Shown here: piece after piece, positions 1 to 9,677 of the stretch | How positions within the stretch are numbered: position 1 is the stretch's first letter | Layout: each line of letters starts with the position of its first letter | Origin: an uncultured cyanobacterium | GTDB taxonomy: Bacteria > Cyanobacteriota > Cyanobacteriia > Cyanobacteriales > Cyanobacteriaceae | NCBI GenBank assembly: GCA_963749915.1 | Contig: CAVVOP010000005.1 | Span: 160,001 to 224,000 of the forward strand | Direction: 5' to 3' | Length of the DNA stretch: 64,000 nucleotides | The notes under the pieces: generated by a model | The model's database searches: none | The model's input: the letters and a program-made list of their open reading frames with translations, nothing else | What the model was told of the DNA's origin: nothing | Program-made: the position numbers and the translations under genes

Positions 1-56
1 AACCCATGAATGTCTGAAGATTTTTTCAACAAGTATTTAATTAAAAGGTAATTGCC

Positions 57-728
57 ATGTCTCAAACCATATTAAAATCCAAAAATGCAATTCCCCCCCT
101 AGAAAATGGAGACCAACTTACTAGGATAGAATTTGAACAGCGTTATAAACAAATGCCTCATGTCAAAAAAGCCGAATTAATCGAAGGAATTGTTTATATG
201 GCATCACCCTTAAGAATTACCCAACATGGAGAACCCCATGCTATTATTATGACTTGGTTAGGCACATATTGGTCAGCTACTCCTTGGGTTCAAGTAGGGG
301 ATAATTGTACAGTACGTCTTGATGCAGAAAATGAACCTCAACCCGATGCTTTACTAAGAATTACAGTAGATGGACAATCAACTATTAGCGAAGACGGCTA
401 TGTAGAAGGTGCGCCAGAATTAATTGTCGAAATTGCAGCTAGTACCGCTTCTATTGATTTAAATGATAAATTAAAAGCGTATCGACGTAATCAAGTTCAA
501 GAATATTTGGTTTGGCGGGTTTATGACGGAGAATTTGATTGGTTTCGGTTAAGGGAAGGAAAATATATTACACTTCAAGCCAATGAAAAAGGCGTTATTT
601 GTAGTGAATATTTCCCAGGTCTATGGTTAGCTCAAGAAGCCTTACTTGGGGGAGATTTAGCCCAAGTATTAGCAATTTTACAGCAGGGGTTAAATACTTC
701 TGAACATCAAAACTTTGTCAAAAAATAA
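57..728 (+). CDS. Uma2 family (DUF820) endonuclease-like protein
   Basis: 223 aa ORF with typical Uma2 motifs PPLENGD, ELIEGIVYM, EPQPDA, GAPELIVEIA and EYLVW. Confidence 0.9.
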   Translation: MSQTILKSKNAIPPLENGDQLTRIEFEQRYKQMPHVKKAELIEGIVYMASPLRITQHGEPHAIIMTWLGTYWSATPWVQVGDNCTVRLDAENEPQPDALLRITVDGQSTISEDGYVEGAPELIVEIAASTASIDLNDKLKAYRRNQVQEYLVWRVYDGEFDWFRLREGKYITLQANEKGVICSEYFPGLWLAQEALLGGDLAQVLAILQQGLNTSEHQNFVKK

Positions 729-773
729 GACAGCATAGTTGTAATTATCTTTTCTAAATTCTAAATTGTATTT

Positions 774-815
774 TGACACCTGACACCTGACACCTAATAC
801 CTGATACCTGATACC
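774..815. repeat. Short tandem heptamer repeat (TGACACC/TGATACC), cyanobacterial STRR type
   Basis: tgacacc x3 followed by taatacc tgatacc tgatacc. Confidence 0.85.
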
Positions 816-1195
816 CCACTAAAACAATTAATTCTCTTATTGCGTAACGTCAGTTATTAATGAAGCAAACCATCGCCTTTTCCTGGTTAATATCTGTGGC
901 GAAAAACTCAAGGCACCAAGGAACTGGTATTGAATTCAGTCCCTAAAAATTTTCGAACTCACTTTTCGCTGAATTTCGACACGAGATCTTGTCATTCCGC
1001 TACATGCCATATTTAGCAAACAATTGAACCTCAATATGAGTATTGTTACTTAAATAAAAATGAGGATTTTTTTTAATGAGTAAGGGAAAAAGTTCGATAG
1101 TTTATCGGATGTTCTTAAAAAGAAAATCACGGACAATATAAATATCGAAAAAAACTTAAATTTTTTTTGCTTATGTTTATTTAGGCATTCCCACT

Positions 1196-4071
1196 ATGTT
1201 ATTTACCAATATTTTTCAAGATCCCCTATTTGACCAAGCCCAAAATACATTTAACCGAAACTGGGGTGCAACATCTTGGTCCAATGCCGATCAAGGATGG
1301 TTTGTTCCTCAAAAGAATAAATGGAATAAAGATTTAACCAATGGATATGCCTATGCTGATAATAGCGGTGCTGGTGGACTAACTCAAGTAATTAAAGATG
1401 ACAATCTTACTCTCGGTTTACAATCTATTAACTTTGATGCCACGAATTCAGGAGTTAAAAATACTCTCAGATTACAAGTTTATGGAATTAATGGAAAATT
1501 TAAACTTAGTAATTGGAACACAAAAGACCCTGTAGATGCTACTACAGAAGCAATAGAATTTAAAACGCTACTGGATACTGGAAATATTGCCAATGTAGAA
1601 TTTGACTGGAAAACTTTTAGTCAAGATGTTGATTTTGGGATCGGTTATGAGTATATAGTTTTTCGGTTTATCACAGATGGCGTGGGAAATGGAGAATCCA
1701 TGGCTATTGATAATGTTACCGTTACTGAAATATCTCCTATAATTGTTCCTGTAGTAGATTCTCAATTTGAGCAAACAACAATGAACTTTAATAGAAATTT
1801 TGGAAGCACTGGTTTTGCCGATGCCGATCAAGGATGGTTTGTTCCTCAAAATAATAAATGGAATAAAGATTTAACCAATGGATATGCCTATGCTGATAAT
1901 AGCGGTGCTGGTGGACTAACTCAAGTAATTAAAGATGACAATCTTACTCTCGGTTTACAATCTATTAACTTTGATGCCACGAATTCAGGAGTTAAAAATA
2001 CTCTCAGATTACAAGTTTATGGAATTAATGGAAAATTTAAACTTAGTAATTGGAACACAAAAGACCCTGTAAGTGCCACTACCGAAGCAATAGAATTTGA
2101 AACGCTACTGGATACTGGAAATATTGCCAATGTAGAATTTGACTGGAAAAATTTTAGTCAAGATGTTGATTTTGGGATCGGTTATGACTATATAGCTATT
2201 AGGTTTACGACTAAAGGCGTTGATAGCACTGAATTTATGGCTATTGATAATTTCATGATTTCCCCTGTCAATCAAAAGAATAATATTCCTGAAGCAGTTG
2301 ATGATTTTGTTACAACCACCAAAAATAATCCTATTACAATCAATGTATTGAGCAATGATAGTGATCCTGACGGTGATATATTCACCATTGATAGTTTTAC
2401 GCAACCAGCTAATGGCAACATAACTAAAAATGGAGATAACAGTTTCACTTATACCGCCAATAATTCGACTCAACAAGATAGCTTCACCTACACTATTGTT
2501 GACGAATATGGAGCTACAGATACCGCCACTGTTGATGTCACAGTTCAAACTCCTACTTTTAAAATAGGCACTAATTTAGGAGGAATCAGTTATTGGTCAA
2601 GTCAATTGCCTTTTATTGATGCTTTCCGAAGTGCTAATCAATGGATTCCTACGAAACCAGGAGTATGGAGTACTGGTGAAAACGATAAAATGGATTTAGA
2701 TGAAAATGGTTGGGTTCGTTCTTTACCCACTGCGGAAGATAATGTTGATTTCACCCACGTACACACCTTATTTTTTGTTGGCCAAAATGGTAATTATCCC
2801 GGTGGTGAGTATGTTGTTTTATATGATGGACAAGGAACTCTCAAATATGGAATGGATGCTAGATCAGTTTCTTCTTCTCAAGGTAGGGATGTCATTAACA
2901 TAAAACCTTCCAATTATGGGGTATTATTGAGTATAACTGAAACCGATCCTGATGATTATATTCGCAATATTAGAGTTGTTCCTAAGGCTTACGAAAATAG
3001 TTATCAAACAGAAGTGTTTAACCCCGATTGGTTAGACAAAATTGAACCATTTGGTGCATTTCGTTTCATGGATTGGATGCAAACTAATAATTCCGTGGAA
3101 AAAGAATGGGGCGATCGTCCGACACTGGATTCTGCCACATGGCATAAAAAAGGTGCACCGGTAGAAATTATGGTTGATTTAGCCAATCGCCTTGATTCTG
3201 ATCCTTGGTTTACCTTACCTCACATGGCAACTGATGATTATGTGCGCAACTTTGCCACCTATGTTAGAGATAATCTTGATCCTGAATTAAAAGTATATGT
3301 CGAGTATTCTAATGAAGTATGGAATGGGCAATTCCAACAATACCACTGGGTCAAAGAACAAGCACAATCTGAGGGAATGCGTGTCGCTGATTGGTATAGT
3401 CGCAGGACTACTCAAATTACTCAAATTTGGGACGAAGTATTTGCCCAGACGGGAGAAAAAGAAAGAGTAATTGGGGTTATGGCGGGACAAGGGGCTAATA
3501 TTGGGATGGTTTAAGACTGCTTTAAATTATAATTGGTCACAGAAAATCAATCTCACCAAGATTACGGTATTGATTCTCTTTCTATCACCGGTTATGTGGG
3601 ATTTAGGTAAAAAAACAATAAGAAGAACTACATCATGGTTAAAGAAGCTGATGGTGGTTTGATAGTTTATTTGATCGAATTATCAAGGGGGATTCTTCTT
3701 AATAATCCTGCGGGAGGAGCTTTGCAATTGGCATAAAAATTTGGCTCTGATATTACCAAAGCCAAGGATTATCTTGATTGGTTGCTTATGAGGGAGGACA
3801 ACATTTAGCCGCTAGTACTGCCACCAACCAATTTGATGACGGACGTATCAACGATCTTTTCACTGAAGCTAACAGAGATCCTCGTATGGGAGAAATTTAC
3901 GAACAATTTATGACTCAATGGTTTAACCTTGGGAGGTGACTATTTACTGAACTTTAGCGATGTTGGTAAACCGAGTAAATACGGTTCTGGGGCTTATTAG
4001 AATCAACTTATCAAAATGGTTCACCTAAGTATGACGCGGTGATGGACTTAATTAACAGCACTCCACAATAA
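1196..4071 (+). CDS. Large extracellular carbohydrate-binding/glycoside-hydrolase-like protein: two tandem ~179-aa domains, an Ig/cadherin-like domain and a C-terminal barrel domain. The 3' part (3515-4071) is broken by many frameshifts
   Basis: 772 aa ORF 1196-3514 with PEAVDD...INVLSNDSDPDGD (Ig-like), IGTNLGGISYWS and YVEYSNEVWN. Motifs LVAYEGGQHL, ANRDPRMGEIY and SPKYDAVMDLI continue in shifted frames to TAA at 4069-4071. Confidence 0.7.
1284..2195 (+). repeat. Near-identical intragenic direct repeat (~375 bp; 1284-1658 and 1821-2195, offset 537 bp)
   Basis: atgccgatcaaggatggtttgttcctcaaaa...gattttgggatcggttatga occurs twice with only a few substitutions. Confidence 0.95.
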
Positions 4072-4264
4072 AATTTTTCGTGAGGGCAGGGAATAGGAAA
4101 TCCTACTTAAAATGGGGAATATCTCAAAATAAATTTCTCCTGCCTATCTTGACCAGCCCTTCTGCCCTCTGCCTCCTGACTTGAAAGTGCCAACTTTCAT
4201 CTCTGATGGTGAAAATTTTTTTTCATGGAGACTGCCTTCTTCAAGGACGAAAAGTGGCTATAGA

Positions 4265-5791
4265 TTATTGCATTCGATCGATGGTACGATATTGTATCGC
4301 CTCTGCTAGATGATTACTCTTTAAATGTTCATCTCCTGCTAAATCGGCGATGGTGCGAGAAACTTTTAAAATTCGATCCATCGCACGGGCAGATAAGCCT
4401 AATTTACGGATGGCACCTTCTAAAAGATTTCGACTAGCATCATCCAACTCGCAATATTTTCGTAAATGTCGAGATTGCATCTGTCCATTAGAACTAATCT
4501 CCTCACCTTTAAATCGTTTTTGTGCTTTTTGCCTAGCTTTTAAAACCCTTTCTCTAACAGTTTCTGAGGTTTCTCCCGTTTTTTGTCTTGTCATTTCTTC
4601 GGGTTTGAGGCGACTAACTACAACTTGTAAGTCTATGCGATCGAGTAAAGGTCCTGATAATTTTGCCCAATATTGTTCTCTTTGTCGTGGTGAACAAGTA
4701 CAGGGTTGAATAGTATCTCCAAAATATCCGCAAGGACAAGGGTTGGTACTGGCGATCAAGGTAAATTGTGCGGGAAAAATAACTGATTGTCTGGCACGAG
4801 AAATCGTTACAAATCCATCTTCCAGGGGTTGTCTTAAAAACTCTAATACTGTGCGTTTAAATTCAGTTAGCTCATCGAGAAACAGAATGCCATAATGTGA
4901 TAAAGATATTTCTCCGGGCTTGGGAAATGATCCTCCTCCTACAAGGGCAACACCACTGGCAGAATGATGAGGACTACGGAAGGGTCGCTCTCGTATTAAC
5001 GAGCCTTTATCCTTAAGTAATCCTGCCACAGAGTAAATTTGCGACACTTGTAACGCTTCTTGAAAATCTAAAGGTGGCAAAATGGAGGGTAAACGCTTTG
5101 CTAACATGGTTTTACCTGCACCTGGAGGTCCGACAAAGATAAGATTATGTCCTCCAGAAGCGGCAATTTCTAAAGCTCTACGGGCGTGATTCTGTCCTTT
5201 AACATCCTTTAAATTATTGATACTATTAAAAAATGGCTCAAATTCGGCTTGAAGATTTAATTTTGTCGGCGTAAATCTTTCAGGTTGTTGTAAAAATTGG
5301 GCTACCTCATCTAAATTACTCAATCCATGAACCTCTATACCTTTTACGACAGCAGCTTCTTGGGCATTATCTTTAGGCACAATCATTCCTTTAAACCCTA
5401 ATTTAACCGCCGTCGCCGCCATTGGTAAGACTCCCGCTACAGCACGTAAACTACCATCAAGAGACATTTCTCCTAAGAATAAATAATCTCCCAATAATTG
5501 AGGATCAACTTGTTCAGAAGCCGCTAAAATACCGACACTGATAGGTAAATCAAAACTTGGTCCTTCTTTACGTAAATCCGCAGGTGTCAAGTTAATGGTA
5601 ATCTTGCGCACAGGAAAACCAAAACCAGAATTTTTGATAGCGGCTTTTACTCTTTCTCTCGATTCTTGCACCGCCGTATCAGGTAAACCGACAACTGTAA
5701 TCTTGGGTAAACCACCCGACACATCAACTTCAACTCCAACTTTTACTGCATCAACCCCAACTATGGTGGCACTCCAAACTCTAGCTAACAT
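4265..5791 (-). CDS. comM: YifB/ComM family Mg-chelatase-like AAA+ ATPase
   Basis: VGLPDTAVQESRERV, NLTPADLRKEG, Walker A GPPGAGKT, RPFRSPHHS, LFLDE, NPCPCGY; probable start MLARVW at 5791. Confidence 0.9.
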   Translation of the reverse strand: MLARVWSATIVGVDAVKVGVEVDVSGGLPKITVVGLPDTAVQESRERVKAAIKNSGFGFPVRKITINLTPADLRKEGPSFDLPISVGILAASEQVDPQLLGDYLFLGEMSLDGSLRAVAGVLPMAATAVKLGFKGMIVPKDNAQEAAVVKGIEVHGLSNLDEVAQFLQQPERFTPTKLNLQAEFEPFFNSINNLKDVKGQNHARRALEIAASGGHNLIFVGPPGAGKTMLAKRLPSILPPLDFQEALQVSQIYSVAGLLKDKGSLIRERPFRSPHHSASGVALVGGGSFPKPGEISLSHYGILFLDELTEFKRTVLEFLRQPLEDGFVTISRARQSVIFPAQFTLIASTNPCPCGYFGDTIQPCTCSPRQREQYWAKLSGPLLDRIDLQVVVSRLKPEEMTRQKTGETSETVRERVLKARQKAQKRFKGEEISSNGQMQSRHLRKYCELDDASRNLLEGAIRKLGLSARAMDRILKVSRTIADLAGDEHLKSNHLAEAIQYRTIDRMQ

Positions 5792-6009
5792 AAGCAAGCA
5801 ATTCAAAATTCACAATTCATATTCTACCTTGCCAAAATTATAATTTATGGAGAGGTCTATTATCCATCTCTGGTTATTTTTGAAAAAGTCTATTAATAAT
5901 ACAAGATTAGTTTAGTTATAAAGGCTTCTTGACTGTTAAAATTCATTAGTATGTAAGAATGTTTTTATTTATTATATATTTCTTTTTTATTTAATTCTTA
6001 TTACAAACA

Positions 6010-6843
6010 ATGAGTCACACTCAGACTACAGTCTCGGCACAATGGCTCAATGATAACCTCGAGAATCCTAATGTCAGAATTATTGATTGTCGTTTTCGTT
6101 TGGCTGAAACGGATTGGGGCTATCAGCGATATAATTACAGTCATATTCAAAACGCTTATTATTTACACTTAAATCAAGATCTTTCAAGTCCAATTCAAAA
6201 TCATGGAGGTCGTCATCCGTTACCTGATGTTCAAATTTTAGCCTCTAAATTAGAACAAATAGGCATTATTAAAAATAAAACTACTGTTGTGGTTTACGAT
6301 TCTACCCGTTTTGCCTTTGCTTCTCGTTTATGGTGGTTATTAAAATATTTGGGTCATGATCCGGTGTTTATTCTCGATGGTGGTTGGCAAGAGTGGACAA
6401 AACTTGATTACCCCGTAAGTAATATAATTCCCAGTTTTTCTCAGGGCTCGTTTTTACCGCAAACTGAATCACATTGGCTTGTAGACATTGATTATGTTAA
6501 ACAGTGTCAAAATTCTGAGTGTAAGGTGATTATCGATGCTAGATCAGGCGATCGCTATCGAGGGGAAGTTGAGCCCATTGATCCTGTAGCTGGTAGTATT
6601 CCATCCGCTGAGAACGTTTTTTGGCAGGATATGACTACAGACACAGGTCAACTCAAATCTTTGACAGCATTAAGGTCTATTTGGTCTCGATATAAAGATT
6701 ATCACGAGGTTATTGTTTATTGCGGTTCAGGGGTAACGGCTTGTGTCGATATTTTTGCCTTGAAAACCATTAATATTAATCACTGTAAATTATATGTAGG
6801 GGGTTGGAGTGATTGGTGTTCGTATCCTGAAAATTTTAATTGA
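6010..6843 (+). CDS. Sulfurtransferase (tandem rhodanese, SseA-like)
   Basis: GGRHPLP, LDGGW, IDAR...RYRGEVEPIDPVAG, active-site YCGSGVTAC, YVGGWSDW. Confidence 0.92.
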   Translation: MSHTQTTVSAQWLNDNLENPNVRIIDCRFRLAETDWGYQRYNYSHIQNAYYLHLNQDLSSPIQNHGGRHPLPDVQILASKLEQIGIIKNKTTVVVYDSTRFAFASRLWWLLKYLGHDPVFILDGGWQEWTKLDYPVSNIIPSFSQGSFLPQTESHWLVDIDYVKQCQNSECKVIIDARSGDRYRGEVEPIDPVAGSIPSAENVFWQDMTTDTGQLKSLTALRSIWSRYKDYHEVIVYCGSGVTACVDIFALKTININHCKLYVGGWSDWCSYPENFN

Positions 6844-7135
6844 TTATTCTCATTAAATTATTTATCTCTTATTTTTTATATTTATTTAATAACTAAAAAC
6901 CCATATCAAATAATTTAATATATTCTCCATAGACGTAAATTTAATTACCCATTAAACAGTATATTCTGTTACTAAATTATCAAGATTATCGTGATTTATA
7001 GGACATATTTTTGTTATTTTATGTCTGGGTTTATAGCTAATTTTTATAAAATTAGTATAAAATATAAACATAACTATATTTATTTAAAAAGCTTATCTTA
7101 TTTTATTTTCACCTATTAAATTAGATGTTATTTTT

Positions 7136-7903
7136 ATGCACAACTTTGAACTTAATCATGGCAATTTTAGTCTAGAAAAAAAAAATTTAGAACTAAATTC
7201 AGAACTAAATTCAAGCACAAATTTTGCGGAGGAAAGTAGCGAAAATGATTTGTTGAACAACAAGCCACAACTAATTCCTCGTCCAGAATATAATCCAGAA
7301 TATCAAGTCAATTCTACTACTATTATTAATTCGACTAAGACAGAAATAAATCATAACCATAACAACCATAATCATCACATTAGCCAACACAGGCTTAGAG
7401 ACAGAATTTCTATATTTGTTGATGGAAATAATATGTTTTACGCTCAACAAAAAAATGGTTGGTTTTTCGATCCGCGCAAAGTAATTGACTTTTTTTCTGA
7501 AGAATCGGGGTTTATGTTAATTAATGCTTTTTGGTACACTGGATTAAAAGACTCTCAAGATCAAAGGGGTTTTCGAGATGCCTTAATCAGTCTTGGTTAT
7601 ACCGTGCGCACAAAAATCCTTAAAGAATACTATGATGATAGCTCAGGGCGTTTTTCTCAGAAAGCGAACCTCGACATTGAAATTGTAGTAGATATGTTTA
7701 ACACTGTTGATCAATATGATCGAGTCGTGTTGTTCAGCGGTGACGGCGATTTTGAAAGAGCGATCGAATTATTAAGATCAAAAAACACTCATATTACTGT
7801 AGTTTCCACTGATGGTATGATTGCTCGTGAATTACGCAACGCCACTGACAGGTATATGGATCTCAATGAGATTAGAAACTGTATCGAAAAAAGGGACTAT
7901 TGA
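7136..7903 (+). CDS. NYN domain protein, LabA/DUF88 family, with a low-complexity N-terminus
   Basis: IFVDGNNMFY, QKANLDIEIVVDM, LFSGDGDFERA, ELRNATDRY. Confidence 0.88.
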   Translation: MHNFELNHGNFSLEKKNLELNSELNSSTNFAEESSENDLLNNKPQLIPRPEYNPEYQVNSTTIINSTKTEINHNHNNHNHHISQHRLRDRISIFVDGNNMFYAQQKNGWFFDPRKVIDFFSEESGFMLINAFWYTGLKDSQDQRGFRDALISLGYTVRTKILKEYYDDSSGRFSQKANLDIEIVVDMFNTVDQYDRVVLFSGDGDFERAIELLRSKNTHITVVSTDGMIARELRNATDRYMDLNEIRNCIEKRDY

Positions 7904-7909
7904 AATAAT

Positions 7910-8012
7910 TAAGTTGATAAAACTGGTGGTCTTTGACTGCCTTAAAGGAAAACCACCAAGAACTAAAACGCCATCGCCTGTTCATGATTGCCCTGACTGG
8001 AGTAGGTAATGC
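7910..8012 (-). pseudogene. C-terminal remnant of a second pyruvate kinase-like gene
   Basis: Minus strand reads HYLLQSGQS*TGDGVLVLGGFPLRQSKTTSFINL, 14/24 identical to the C-terminus of the pyk in this window (RGDSVLILGGLPLRQAGSTSFLDI). Confidence 0.65.
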
Positions 8013-8141
8013 CTCCTGTTAGCGATCATAGGTACAGGCTCAAAATTATAGCCAAAGCCGGAGCGAGATTGGGGATTAGCTTGAATCTGGACAAGTTGGA
8101 TTGCCCGATTTTGACAATAGCCAATAAGACTCGCTATATCT

Positions 8142-9635
8142 TTATTCACCGCTCAAAAGTTTTTGGAGAGTTACTCGAGATCCTTCCCTGTAAAGTGACT
8201 CCATAAATTTTCCTACTTCGTTTTTGAAAACATCTGAGCTTCTCAATCTTGGAGCGAAGAGATCTTCTAAAGCCAGAAGCTTTTCCGGCGATTCCCCACC
8301 TTCTAGCGCAGCCTTTTGTAGAGGTTCCACCATTGGATCGTCGATTTCAAACCCCTGTCCCTTCTCGTCTTTTCCAGTTAAATAGCGAAACCAGGCAGCA
8401 ATACATAAAGCGGCACAGGAGAATGGGCCACCAGTGTCTAAGTGCTTAAGGATGACAGGAAGCACAAATTTAGGGATTTTACTGGAGCCATCGAAACAAA
8501 TGCGAGTAAGTTTATCTTTGATTTTTGGATTGGTAAAACGTTCTAGGAGAGTCTGCTTGTATTCCTCAAGATTAATGCCCGGTACCGGAGCGAGGATCGG
8601 CGTTACCTCCTCATCCATATAGCGAAGGATATAGCGTCGAAACTCTTGATCACTGGCGACTTCATGAATATACTCAAACCCTGCCAGATACCCTAAATAG
8701 CCCATCAAAGAATGACTGGCATTTAAAAGCTGCATTTTCATTAATTCGTAGGGCATGACATCGGGAACAAACTGTACTCCAACATCTCCTAAAATAGGAC
8801 GACCGGCAGCAAAATTATCCTCAATTACCCATTGAATAAAGGGTTCAGCCACGACTGGCCAAGCATCATCTAGGCTAAAATGCTCTCGAAGTTCCTGACG
8901 ATCTGCATCCGTTGTCGCTGGCGTTATGCGATCGACCATACTATTGGGAAAGGCAACATTCTTTTGAATCCATCGATAAAGATTGGCATCGCGTGCTTGA
9001 GCATAACCTTCGATCGCTTTCCGGCTTACCGTTCCATTTTCGGGTAAATTATCACAGGATAGGATAGTTACCTTTGCTCCCCTTCTATCCATTCGCCGTT
9101 TTAACCCCTCAACGATACAACCAATGGCAGTTGAAGGCGTTTCTGGATTGGCTAAATCGTTTTGAATGCTCTCATCAGACAGCAAAAATTCATCGGTGGC
9201 TGAACTGTAGAAATAACCCCCTTCAGTGATAGTAAGGGAGATAATTTTCGTCTGTGACCCTGCCATCTTATCCAGAAGGGCATCCAAATTGTCTGGTGCA
9301 AAGAGATACTCGACCATTGAGCCAACTATATAAGCCTCCATTTGCTTAGCACTCCTTTCAATAACCGTGTATAAAAGATCCTGCGGCACTAAGGCTTCCT
9401 TCATTTGGCGATCCCCCGGCATTAAACCAACGCCACAAATTCCCCATTCAGAAGGACCATATTTTTGAAAAAGTCGGTCCAAATAGACTGCCTGATGGGC
9501 GCGATGAAATCCCCCGACACCAATATGGACAATAGCACTGCCACACCCAGAGCGATCGTATTGCGGTACACTCATTTGAGCAGCTAGGTCATTGAGTGTT
9601 TCATTATTGAGTTTTCTCAGGCTCATTTTTTCCAT
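8142..9635 (-). CDS. Mannitol 2-dehydrogenase family (long-chain polyol/fructuronate reductase) protein
   Basis: IVHIGVGGFHRAHQAVY, ISLTITEGGY, SCDNL, FPNSMVDRITP, EPFIQWVIED, LLNASHS. Confidence 0.9.
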   Translation of the reverse strand: MEKMSLRKLNNETLNDLAAQMSVPQYDRSGCGSAIVHIGVGGFHRAHQAVYLDRLFQKYGPSEWGICGVGLMPGDRQMKEALVPQDLLYTVIERSAKQMEAYIVGSMVEYLFAPDNLDALLDKMAGSQTKIISLTITEGGYFYSSATDEFLLSDESIQNDLANPETPSTAIGCIVEGLKRRMDRRGAKVTILSCDNLPENGTVSRKAIEGYAQARDANLYRWIQKNVAFPNSMVDRITPATTDADRQELREHFSLDDAWPVVAEPFIQWVIEDNFAAGRPILGDVGVQFVPDVMPYELMKMQLLNASHSLMGYLGYLAGFEYIHEVASDQEFRRYILRYMDEEVTPILAPVPGINLEEYKQTLLERFTNPKIKDKLTRICFDGSSKIPKFVLPVILKHLDTGGPFSCAALCIAAWFRYLTGKDEKGQGFEIDDPMVEPLQKAALEGGESPEKLLALEDLFAPRLRSSDVFKNEVGKFMESLYREGSRVTLQKLLSGE

Positions 9636-9677
9636 CCTTAAAATTCAAAATCTAAAATCGATTGGCCCATAGAGGTA

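Noticed and set aside
835..1010. Possible IS end (ttgcgtaacgtcag) and adjacent GC-richer fragment
   Set aside because: No partner repeat or recognisable transposase in the window
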